Shown: piece after piece, positions 1-10,260 of the stretch
How positions within the stretch are numbered: position 1 is the first letter of the stretch
Layout: every line of letters begins with the position of its first letter
NCBI GenBank assembly: GCA_030390025.1
Contig: CM059432.1
Span: forward strand, 106,828,001-106,892,000
Direction of reading: 5' to 3'
Length of the DNA stretch: 64,000 bases
From: Squalus acanthias
Taxonomy: Eukaryota
The notes under the pieces: generated by a model
The model's database searches: none
Told to the model about the DNA's origin: nothing
What the model saw: the letters and a program-made list of their open reading frames with translations, nothing else
Made by a program: the position numbers and the translations under genes

Positions 1-2747
1 GGGCAAGAGGATAACCAGGGAAAGAGTAGGGCACATTAGGGACCAAAGTAGTAATCTGTGTGTAGAGCTGGAAGATGTAGGTGAGGTTTTAAATGAATAT
101 TTTGCATCTGTGTTCACTATGGAGAAGGACGATGTAGGCATAGAAATAAGGCAGGGGGATTGTGATATACTTGAACAAATTAGCATTGAGAGGGAGGAGG
201 TACTAGCTGTTTTAGCGGTCTTAAAAGTGGATAAATCCCCAGGCCCAGACGAGATGTATCCCAGGCTGCTGTGTGTGAGGCAAGGGAGGAAATTGCAGGG
301 GCTCTGACACAAATTTTCAAAACCTCTCTGGCCACAGGGGAGGTGCCAGAGGACTGGAGGACAGCTAATGTAGTACCATTATTCAGGAAGGGTAGTAGGG
401 ATAAACCAGGGAATTACAGGCCAGTGAGCCTAACATCAGTGGTAGGGAAATTATTGGAAAAAATTCTGAGGGACAGAATTAGTCTCCACTTGGAGGGGCA
501 AGGATTAATCAAGGATAGTCAGCATAGCTTTGTCAGGAGGGGATCATGTCTAACCAATTTGATTGAATTTTTCGAGGGGGTGACTAGGTGTGTGGATGAG
601 GGTAGTGCAGTTGATGTAGTCTACATGGACTTCAGTAAGGCTTTTGACAAAGTCCCACATGGGAGACTGGTCAAGAAGGTTCTTGGGATCCAGGGCAATT
701 TGGCACATTGGATCCAAAATTGGCTTAGTGGCAGGAGGCAGAGGGTGATGGTCGAAGGTTGTTTTTGTGACTAGAAGCCTGTGTCCAGTGGTGTACCGCA
801 GGGATCAGTGCTGAGTCCCTTGCTGTTTGTAGTGGGTGAGTGGGCAGAGATTTGGCAGATGCAATACAATATTGGAAAATGTGAGGTTATGCACTTTGGC
901 AGGAAAAATCAGAGAGCAAGTTATTATCTTAATGGCGAGAAACTGGAAAGTACTGCAGTACAAAGGGATCTGGGGGTCTTGGTGCAAGAAAATCAAAAAG
1001 TTAGTATGCAGGTGCAACAGGTGATCAAGAAAGCCAATGGAATGTTGGCTTTTATTGCTAGGGGGATAGAATATAAAAACAGGGAGGTATTGCTGCAGTT
1101 GTATAGGGTATTGGTGAGACCGCACCTGGAGTACTGCATACAGTTTTGGTGTCCATACTTAAGAAAAGACATACTTGCTCTCGAGGCAGTACAAAGAAGG
1201 TTCACTCGGTTAATTCCGGGGATGAGGGGGTGGACATACGAGGAGAGGTTGAGTAGATTGGGACTCTACTCATTGGAGTTCAGAAGAATGAGAGGCGATC
1301 TTATTGAAACATATAAGATTGTGAAGGGGCTTGATCGGGTGGACGCAGTGAGGATGTTCCCAATGATGGGTGAAACTAGAACTAGGGGACATAATCTTAG
1401 AATAAGGGGCTCCTCTTTCAAAACTGAGATGAGGAGAAACTTTTTCACTCAGAGGGTAGTGGGTCTGTGGAATTTGCTACCCCAGGAAGCTGTGGAAGCT
1501 ACTTCATTAAATAAATTTAAAACAGAAATAGACCGTTTCCTAGAAGTAAAGGGAATCAGGGGTTACGGGGAGCGGGCTGGAAATTGGACATGAGTTTGAG
1601 TTCGGATCGGTCAAGGCCCTGTGGGTGGCGGAGCGGGCCCAGGGGCCGAGTGGCCTGGTCTTGCTCCTGCTTCTTGTGTTCTTTAGAGTTGAGGTTGGAT
1701 CAGATCAGCCATGATCTCATTGAATGGCGGAGCAGGCTCGAGGGGCCGATTGGTCTACTCCTGCTCCTATTTCTTATGTTCTTATGTTCTTAATGATTTA
1801 GATATGAATGTAGGAGGTATGATCAGTAAGTTTGCAGATGACACAAAAATTGGTGGGGTGGTAAATAGCGAGGAGGGAAGCCTCAGGCTACAGGATGATA
1901 TAGACGGGTTGGTCAGATGGGCAGAACAGTGGCAAATGGAATTTAACCCTGAAAAGTGTGAGGTGATGCATTTTGGGAGGACTAACAAGGCAAGGGAATA
2001 CACAATGAATGGTAGGGCCCTAGGAAGGACAGACGATCAGAGGGACCTTGGTGTGCATGTACATAGATCCCTGAAGGCAGCAGGACAGGTAGATAAGGTG
2101 GTTAAAAAGGCATATGGGATACTTGCCTTCATTAGCCGAGACATAGAATATAAGAGCAGGCAGGTTATGATGGAGCTGTACAAAACGCTAGTTAGGCCAC
2201 AGCTGGAATACTGTGTGCAGTTCTGGTCGCCACACTATAGGAAGGATGTGATTGCATTGGAGAGGGTGCAGAGGAGATTCACCAGGATGTTACCTGGGCT
2301 GGAGTGCTTCAGCTATGAAGAGAGACTGGACAGGCTGGGGTTGTTTTCCTTAGAGCAGAGAAGGCTGAGGGGGGACCTGATTGAGGTGTACAAAATTATG
2401 AGGGGCATAGATAGGGTAGATTGAAAGGAACTTTTCCCCTTAGTAGAGGGGCAATAACCAGGGGGCACAGTTTCAAGGTAAGGGGCAGGAGGTTTAGAGG
2501 GGATTTGAGGAAAAACTTTTTCACCCAGAGGGTGGTTGGAATCTGGAACTCACTGCCTGAAAGGGTGGTAGAGGCAGGAACCCTCACAACATTCAAGAAG
2601 CATTTAGATGAGCACTTGAAATGCCATAGCATACAAGGCTACGGACCAAGTGCTGGAAAATGGGATTAGAATAGATAGGGCTTGATGGCCGGCGCGGACA
2701 CGATGGGCCGAAGGACCTCTTTCTGTGCTGTATAACTCTGACTCTAT
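1..2747 (+). mobile_element. CR1-clade LINE ('family A'), ORF2 reverse transcriptase (RT) region to 3' tail, interrupted by a nested CR1 at 835-1790
   Basis: RT motifs [26 protein letters not shown] and FADD are present, with frameshifts and a stop. It ends in an (ACTCTATG)n-type tail and runs off the left edge of the window. Confidence 0.95.
835..1790 (+). mobile_element. 5'-truncated CR1 LINE of a different family, nested in family A
   Basis: The host reads ...LLFVV|insert|NDLDMNV... The insert encodes GEWAEIWQMQYN...GYGERAGNWT* and ends in (TTCTTATG)n. Confidence 0.92.
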
Positions 2748-3644
2748 GGGGGAAAAATTCAGTTGGTTGCGCCTCCCGTTAGCGCCTTAAGAGGGCGCTA
2801 ATGGGGCGCAAAGCATCTAGCACCCAGGCGCGGTGATGTTTGCGCCGCTCGCGAAATTAACGAGACATTTTGCGGCGGCGCTAAACACTACCGCCACGAT
2901 CTCCTGCGCCGGCAGATCGTGACGTCAGTCGAGTGCGCAACGCCCCGGTATCGTCCCGGAGCAGATATTGAGTGGCGCCCCCTGCCTTACCGCCTGACGC
3001 TAGCAACGACAGGTTGAGGGGAGCGTTTTGCAGTCATGAAGGGACTGGGGGAGCGCTATTTAAAGGCGACCGCTTCCTGCCTTTTATTGTTGGTGCCATT
3101 TTTGAACCACGCATTCTGAGAGAGAGAGAGAGAGAGAGACTTCTGGAGAGATTCAACGCTGTGTGAAGGCGTTTTGGGTACTGAGCAGCACTTTGCAGGT
3201 TCATTTTGATTTGCCATTCCTTGTATCGATTTAGAAGAGACTGTGGGGGCTGCACTCTTAGCTCTTTCCCTGGTACTCTCCATTGTTCTTTCCAGCAGAT
3301 TTGATGTGCAGGTCTCTCCAGGCCGGGATTCAAGGCTGCAATGAGCAGGATGTGGATGGAAAGCAAGATCAACCATCCCCTTTAAGAACTGGCCGGTGCT
3401 ATTGTGTGTGTGCTCCATTGCTGACTGACATCACATGAGCGTCGCCAGCGCTCTGAGTTAGCGCCTCGCTCCTCGGCCTTTGCGCCTTAAGACAGGTGTG
3501 AAGCGCCTGATTTAGCGCTCCAATCACCTCCAGGGGTGATAAAAGTCAAGTTTGCAGTCGGTGGCGATAATTAGCGCCAGGCGCTAATCTTTGCGCCCGG
3601 CCGATAATTGCGCCTCAAATGGGGCGAGACTGAATTTCTCCCCC
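2748..3644. mobile_element. Non-autonomous PIF/Harbinger-type DNA transposon (MITE, 897 bp)
   Basis: TIRs GGGGGAAAAATTCAGT / ACTGAATTTCTCCCCC match at 15 of 16 bases. A TAT duplication lies at 2745-2747 and 3645-3647. CpG-rich arms, internal (GA)n, no transposase. Confidence 0.85.
3118..3139. repeat. (GA)n microsatellite
   Basis: Read directly. Confidence 0.9.
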
Positions 3645-4465
3645 TATGACTCTAAAAACAAATGATGCATGAAATACACCAATCCCTCGTGTAAACAAAA
3701 AAAGTCAGGATAATGCTTTGGCTGTTGAACCTTCGTCAGAACTCAGATGGACGAACCACTTCATAGCACTAAACACAACCAAACAGCAGGGGAAGGAACA
3801 GCAGGGCAGAAGTCAAGTCAGCCTATCGCAGAGGAGCAGTTAATATATTGACGACCAAAACCATTGTTTGTTTGAATGAGGCAATAAAAAGGCAAAAGAA
3901 CAAAATGTTGTGAAAATAGTTGAGTAAGTCACGGGGATGATGCACACAAAATGGAGGTGAAGCAAACTGATGAGAAAATAGAGAAAATTATCTCGGACTC
4001 GGAACTTTATATTCATGGCCATGTGCTTCTCTGATGGATGGATAGGCCCAGTCTGAGCACTCGTGTCCTTTGAGAAAGCGCCGGCCATTTATGAAAGGGT
4101 TGGGGAGGAGGAAAGAGGGGTTTTGTCACTAAAGGAGTTTTGACGATGAGGTCGGGTAGGTAAAATCGCTCAGGGCCCTGTTTATTTCTCTCCTGCCATC
4201 CGCCTCGGCCATTATGGGTGCTGTTAATTCAAGTCGCTGGCTTTCACCGCCATGTTGGGGTTTGGTATTGAAATAAGAGGGAAGTTCTGTTTCTGAAATG
4301 GAGGACGTGGACCTGGAATTTTAGTCCAGGCCGACCGAGTGTTCACAAAACAAGCCTGTAGTGAGCACTGTGTTTGTTGCTTCTGGTTCATTTCCTGTCA
4401 AGCAAATGGTTGATGGGGTGGAGCAAACCGTGGGCAGCAAATGGGCACATAATGTAAATTTAGGA

Positions 4466-4676
4466 TAAAAACAGAAAATGCTGGAAATACTCAGCAGGTC
4501 AGGCAGCATCTTAGGAGAGAGAGAAACCGATAACGTTTCAGGTCAATTACCTTTCGTCAGACCTGAAACGTTAACTCTGTTTCTCTCTCTCTCCACAGAT
4601 GCTGCCTGACCTGCTGAGTATTTCCAGCATTTTCTGTTTTTATTTCAGATTTCCAGCTTCCGCAGTATTTTGCTTT
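4466..4676. mobile_element. Penelope-like pseudo-LTR (pLTR) fragments joined in inverted orientation, with 13-bp TSD
   Basis: Same sequence family as 56355-56490 and 61690-61823. TGTAAATTTAGGA flanks it at 4453-4465 and 4677-4689. Confidence 0.85.
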
Positions 4677-4769
4677 TGTAAATTTAGGACTTGATAAATT
4701 CTTTACGTAAGGTGTAATAGAGCCACTAATAACTAATTTTTATACAGAAAAAATACTTGTTGCATTACA

Positions 4770-4833
4770 GCAGGTCCCTGGAATTTTTATAACATGGGAG
4801 GGGCCTCGGAAGCAAAAAGGTTGAGAACCCCTG
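4770..4833. mobile_element. Possible hAT-superfamily terminal remnant
   Basis: Ends AAAAGGTTGAGAACCCCTG, the reverse complement of a CAGGGGTTCTCAACC-type terminus typical of Charlie-like hAT elements. The other end was not found. Confidence 0.4.
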
Positions 4834-5789
4834 GCTTCGACATTTCAGCAGGTTCATGGTTGAGTCTCATGAGAGGGCTCTGTGCCCAAGTGAGCTTGCA
4901 TCATTTTTCAGAAATGTGGCTGTTTGTAGATGAACCTCACAAACCAAAGTATATTGCAATTCTGATGCCAAGGTGGTAGAAATAAAAAGAAAGAGATAAA
5001 AAGACTGCAGCTAGAACCTCCATTTTCTTTACAACAGGGGGATCATAACATATCTTTTCTCTTTACAGATACTAAATGACCTGTTGTGTATTTCCAGCAT
5101 TTTATGGCTTTTTTACCACCTGTCAGTTTTTTGTAATTTCCTGTGTTGTGTCCCATTGTCGTGAGAATCCTTCACAAGATCAGGGCAAGGGTAATGATTA
5201 TGGTCCTTGGAACTCCAGTATCTTGGCATAAGTCATTCTTTCTGAATATATTGGCACAGGAGGAGAGCCAGATACAGCATACAACCTGAAGCGCTTTCGC
5301 TTGATGTCATGGTTCTTGAGCGGGGGATCTTACAAAGCAGGATTTCCAGAAGTCAGTGATGATAACACTTGTATTCAGGAAGGCTTCAATGCAAAGGGTT
5401 TCTAATGTAAAATGGAAGAGATTTGTGCTGAAATCATAATTACAGCCCATTGTGATGCAGTATCTGAGGGTTTTTATCATAAAATGCTAAAACAAGGACC
5501 CTCTCTTGGCTCAGCTTCATTTTGTTATTATTTTGGATTATTACTCGTATTTGACAGGAACACCTTATGGATCCCGGTTTTGAAAAGGTGTCTGAAAAAC
5601 TCAAGTCTTTTATTAACACATTTACTCCCACTTGGATTTAACTTTGATACTGTGCAAGATAATGTAATAACAGTTTCAGGCTATTAGTTTGTGAAATCTT
5701 AAGATTCTTACAATTAAAATTATAACTTTGATAGCTTTTGTTTTGAAAAATGAATTACTTAGTGTGGCAAACACGGCAGGCATTTGATA

Positions 5790-6030
5790 CTCATAGATCC
5801 CACAGCTATCAACAAGGTGAATGACCAATTAATCTTTTGAGGGAATAGTGTTGGCCAGAAGAACTTCCTGCTCTTCAAATAGTGCCAATTGAACCACTGG
5901 AGCAGGCAAATGGATCTAGGTTTAATGTTTCAGCCGAAGGATGGCACCTCTGACAATGCAGCACTTCCTCAGTGTCAGCCTGGATTTTGCACTCAAGCCC
6001 TGGACTGGGGCTTGAACTTTCTGATATCAT
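5790..6030 (-). mobile_element. Degenerate SacSINE1/DeuSINE fragment
   Basis: Reverse-complement similarity to the SINE at 27634-28088 (ctcttcaaatagtgcc; ggcacctctgacaatgcagcacttcctcagtgtcagcctgga). Confidence 0.7.
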
Positions 6031-6549
6031 TATCCTTGCACTCTCAACTTCCCTTTTCACATCACAGCTATCGATACACTTGCAGATGGCGGCTGATCTC
6101 ACACCCACTAATGCGACACCATTGGAGCGAGGAAGTGCAGCAGCTGTTTACCATGCCAGGACCGCAGCTAGAATCGCTCGCTATCTGTTTAGGTTAATGA
6201 TCACAATTGGTCTAGCCCCCTCTCCACCCCCCCTCCCGGCTCAGCTTTATTGCATGAAGCTGAACAGGTTTTTGGGATATACTAAACTGGGTGCTCATCT
6301 TTTTGCTAATATTTTGACTATGTACCTAGAAACAGCAAGAATTTGTTCTGATCATTTTACTGAAATGCATTCTGATGCAAGGAGTCGGGTTTACTCTTTA
6401 TATCCGTGTACCTGACTGGTGGTCCTGTATTGCTTCTGCATACATTCCAAAACTGCTCTAATTTATATACACGTTCAAATTTTTTTCAATGTGGTATGAT
6501 CTGACAGTTCATGGAAGTTCATTTTACAAAATCTATGCTCCCTTTATAG

Positions 6550-6686
6550 GTCAGACTGCGTAGAAATTCTTACAAATTGTGGCGACCATAGTAAATTTCC
6601 AGCAGGACAGACTGCCGAAACTATCTGCAATCTCTTATCCCCAATTGATGATTTCAAGAATTGCATCCCACTCAAAAAGTACCTTG
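6550..6686 (+). CDS. RECK: RECK internal coding exon A (137 nt)
   Basis: Acceptor ctttatAG|g, donor cttg|GTatgt. Translates (x)SDCVEILTNCGDHSKFPAGQTAETICNLLSPIDDFKNCIPLKKYL, matching vertebrate RECK as I recall it (SDCVEILKKCGDQNKFPEDHTAESICELLSP...). Not in the ORF track. Confidence 0.95.
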
Positions 6687-6759
6687 GTATGTATACTCAA
6701 CAAGAATTTGATGGTTTTGTTTATTTTGCATTTTTTGGAAAACTAGTAGTAAGAAACTA

Positions 6760-7110
6760 AGAAAGAACATGCAATTATCTAAGTGCTTTATGGCATCCTT
6801 GGAACATCTGAAAGTATTTCCCAACCAGCAAATTACTTTTTGAAGTCACTGCTGTTTTGCAGGCAAATGTGGAAGCCATTAAGAGATTAATGCTGGCCAG
6901 GACACCAGGAGAACTCTGTGCTATTCCAATAGTGCCATGGGATCTTTAATGTTATTGAATACAACAACAGCTTGTATTTATATAGCGCTTTTAATGTAGT
7001 AAAACGCCCCATGGCACTTCACAGGAGCATAAACACACAAAAATTGACAGGTGGATAAAAGCTTGGTCAAAAAGGTACGTTTTAAGGAGGTGGGAGAGGT
7101 GGAAAGGTTT
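6760..7110 (-). mobile_element. SacSINE1-like 3' fragment (about 6760-6955) followed by an L2-type 3' end (about 6960-7110)
   Basis: The SINE part has ggccaggacaccaggagaactc...atagtgccatgggatcttt. The L2-like tail is acaacaacagcttgtatttatatagcgc. Confidence 0.6.
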
Positions 7111-7263
7111 AGGTAAGGAAAACAAGTACGGATATATAAATATTAATATTTTTTAGCAGGTTTTAACGATTGAAGAAATGTTGTGCAGGTTATCTTTCCA
7201 ATATTGAAATAGGCAAGCAGCTGTATTTCAAATATAACTTTGTGCAGGATGACATTTAATTAA

Positions 7264-7390
7264 TTCCTACATTACACCAGTGACTACATTTCAAAAGTAC
7301 TTCATTGGCTGTTAAGTGCTTTGGGACGTCCTGAGGTCCTGGGACGTCCTGAGGTCCTGAAAGGCATTACATAAGTGCAAGTTCTTTTTT
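7264..7390 (+). mobile_element. SacSINE1-like 3' end with an 18-bp tandem duplication
   Basis: Matches 27975-28080. GGGACGTCCTGAGGTCCT occurs twice in tandem. Confidence 0.75.
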
Positions 7391-7619
7391 TAATTAGAGG
7401 AGCTCTGCTTAACGCGACTTAATTTGTTTATCCCATGTTAAAAAATGTGTTGGATAAAGAAATTCTGTTTTAATTGGATCAAGTGATTGTGTGTGTGTAA
7501 ACCTATCGGATACTTTTAAAAACAAATGATCAATCTGACAGGTTTTCCATGGGTTAAATAGAATGAAGAACCTTTCAGAAGGTATATCTCAGCCATTCTC
7601 CATTATGTATTTTTGACAG

Positions 7620-7760
7620 CTCCAAGCCCATTCCACAGCATTGTTGCAGAGGTGATCCATCCATGCAATCCTAATGCCTGCCCCAATAACCACGTGTGTG
7701 AGGTAAATCGAAAGGGTTGCCAGGCAGGACAAGACTGTCTTCCCTACCTATGTGTCCCAG
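7620..7760 (+). CDS. RECK: RECK internal coding exon B (141 nt)
   Basis: ttttgacAG|c ... cccag|GTgagt. Translates APSPFHSIVAEVIHPCNPNACPNNHVCEVNRKGCQAGQDCLPYLCVP. The phase-1 junctions are in frame with exons A and C. Confidence 0.95.
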
Positions 7761-8252
7761 GTGAGTAATACAGTTACAAGTATAAAATTGTGTTGTTTCT
7801 TACCTCGGGTTTCTGTTTCACTCTTACAAAAATGCCTCCGAAATTAGGCATTCTTGAAATCTGTACATGTTACTCTTTCTGATTCACTTGATGTGATTTT
7901 TGCTATGTTACATTGCTCCCTACTGCCAGTCTCCTTCATGACTCCCAATCCCTATATTGTGGCAATCTCACAAGGTATTGATCCCAGCTGCCTTTTCTTG
8001 ACTTTATGATCTTCCCAAAGGCTATTTGTTCAGTCTTCAGGGAAGGTGGATTACCTACTCACTTTATAGATGTAGGAGTCATTGTTCGTCAAACAACTAT
8101 AAAGGCTTTACATATTAGTATGTAAGGATAGAAAATTGGAGATACCCCATCCGCTAAAGAGTTTTGCAGGAAATGCATGATTTTTCTGTTTATAAGACTA
8201 TCCTCTGCAGTGTCGAAACATCTGAGATTATGAGGAAACCCACAGAAGTCTT

Positions 8253-8946
8253 GGGGGAAAAATTGGGTTGTGCCCCCTTTGGGGCGCTAACTTCGCTAGA
8301 GTTAGCGCCCCCGCGCCCAAAATTCACTGGTAGCGACCCAAGAGGGGGGCGGGACGCTACTGGAAGTGCCCCACCTCCCTCTTGGGGCGCTGCGAGTGAA
8401 TATGATGGTGCTACATGCCGCAGCGCCACGCACTGCGGCACGTCGCGCCACGGTACTGTAGGCCTTCCTCCCCTTATTAAAGGGGAGGGGCCTAGCACAG
8501 CGCGACCCGGGGCCCAGCTGGGCCACCAGGGATCGGAATGCCAGCAAAAGAGCCCGGCACTCAAGAGAAGTGCCGGACTCACAGGGCTGCACAGAAGGCC
8601 GGGGCAGCAACGGGAGCAGGTGCTGGCAGGCGGCCAGCAACAAAAATGGCCACCCGGCACCTCCCCTTTAATTTGCGCCGCCCCGGCCGTAGGTAGGCCC
8701 CCCTGACCCTGTCGGACATGGCGTCCGGTGGTAAGTCAGGGGGCGCTACCGAAGATTGCGGCCGGGTTGCGAGCGGGGCGCTGCACACGGCGATGATGTC
8801 ATCGCCGGCGGCACAGCACCACAGGGCGCCAACGGTTACTGCCGCCGCTAACCTCCCGCTGAATTTCGCGGGAGGCGTTGGCAGTGCCGTGCCCAGGCGC
8901 TAGTTGCTTTGCGCCCCGTTAGCGCCCTCAACCGAATTTTTCCCCC
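8253..8946. mobile_element. Non-autonomous PIF/Harbinger-type MITE related to 2748-3644
   Basis: Ends are GGGGGAAAAATT and AATTTTTCCCCC, with a short (C)TTG duplication at both sides. It is a GC/CpG-rich block with repeated GGGGCGCTA/TAGCGCCC motifs in AT-rich surroundings. Confidence 0.8.
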
Positions 8947-9149
8947 TTGATGTTTAGCTTATGATGGTCATAATTGTACTATTTAAAATTCCTATTTACT
9001 TAGGGAATGAGGAACGAGGACAAATGAGAAGTTGAAACTCTACAGTTTACAAAGATGATTGTTAAGGTTTATCAATGTGTATAAATATTAAGTGGCATCA
9101 ATAAGATGTATTAGTCTTCATTACTTTATAGTACCATCACTTCAAAGTA

Positions 9150-10260
9150 AGACAGAAATGTAAATTTAAACTTATGAAAAGTAATTTTAAAACACATATT
9201 GGGAAAAGTTTCTTTACTCAAAAAGTGCCAAATGTTTGGGATAATCTCCCTGACAGAACAGTACAGACAAAACATGAGGGAATTCTCTATATGCTGATTA
9301 TGGAGAAAGTTAAAGTTCTTGAGAGATGGACTTTGATGAAAGGGTTTTAGGGTACTAGAGAGATGAGCTTCAATGGGAGAGTTAGGCTACTAGATGAATT
9401 AGCTTCACTGGGAGAGTTAGTCTACCTTTCACTGTGTCCAGTGCACGCAGCCACTTCTTAATGCCATATGGAGTGAACAGAATTAGCTGCTTTTGGTTTT
9501 GGTTCCTATTATTTATAATAGATATAAATAACTCAGATGAAGGCATCAAAAGTAAGCTCTCCAAGTTTGTAGATTGAAGGTAGAGCAAATAATGAAGAGC
9601 AATACAATCAGATTCAGAAAAATTTGGATTTTTTAGGAAACTAGCATAGTAGATGATAAATACAGTTCAAGTTCCACAAGGTAAAACTATAGTTCAAGTT
9701 AGACAAAAGTTAAATATTTAGTCTGGGAGCAAGGAACCAAACTTAGGGATTTATTGAATGGAACAGTCATGCAGTGTATTGATCAAGAAAACAATTTGGG
9801 AGTTACTGTAGAAAAATCATTGAAACCGTGAGTCCACAATTTGACTGCAGTGAAAAAAAGAAATAAAGTAGTGGGCAGCAGAGGAACACAAATCAAAGAA
9901 AGTGATGGTACTGGAGGAGTGTGTGCAGTATTGATCCCCATACAATTAAAGGATTTGTCGGTATGAAAGGGCAGCAAAGAAGATAGCAGATCTCAGAAAT
10001 TGAAACTTCAAGGTTATCTAAGGAAATTTGCAATCTTATGAAAGGGATTGACAGAGTTGATACAAAAAAATTGTTAACACTGATAAAGGGTTTAAAAAAC
10101 AAGGGACATGATCTAAAAATTAGGTATTTAGCAGCTGATAAGGAATTCAGGCAAAAGTATTTCACACAAAAGGTAATAGATATTTGGAATAAGTTATCAG
10201 GGAAGGCCATTGAAGGAAATTGTATAAATTAATTCAAGAGAAAACTAGATGTGGTTTTGG
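9150..10260 (+). mobile_element. Old, decayed CR1 LINE 3' fragments
   Basis: ORF 10038..10232 (KGIDRVD...FTQKVIDIWNKL) is the CR1 ORF2 C-terminus. A second similar fragment lies near 9150-9260. Confidence 0.7.

Noticed and set aside
781..1593. 270-aa RT-like ORF lacking the catalytic FADD segment
   Set aside because: Chance in-frame junction of two nested CR1 elements.
8164..8903. Overlapping GC-rich ORFs and an apparent CpG-island promoter
   Set aside because: They coincide with a TIR-bounded MITE. The ORFs are explained by high GC content and show no recognisable domain.
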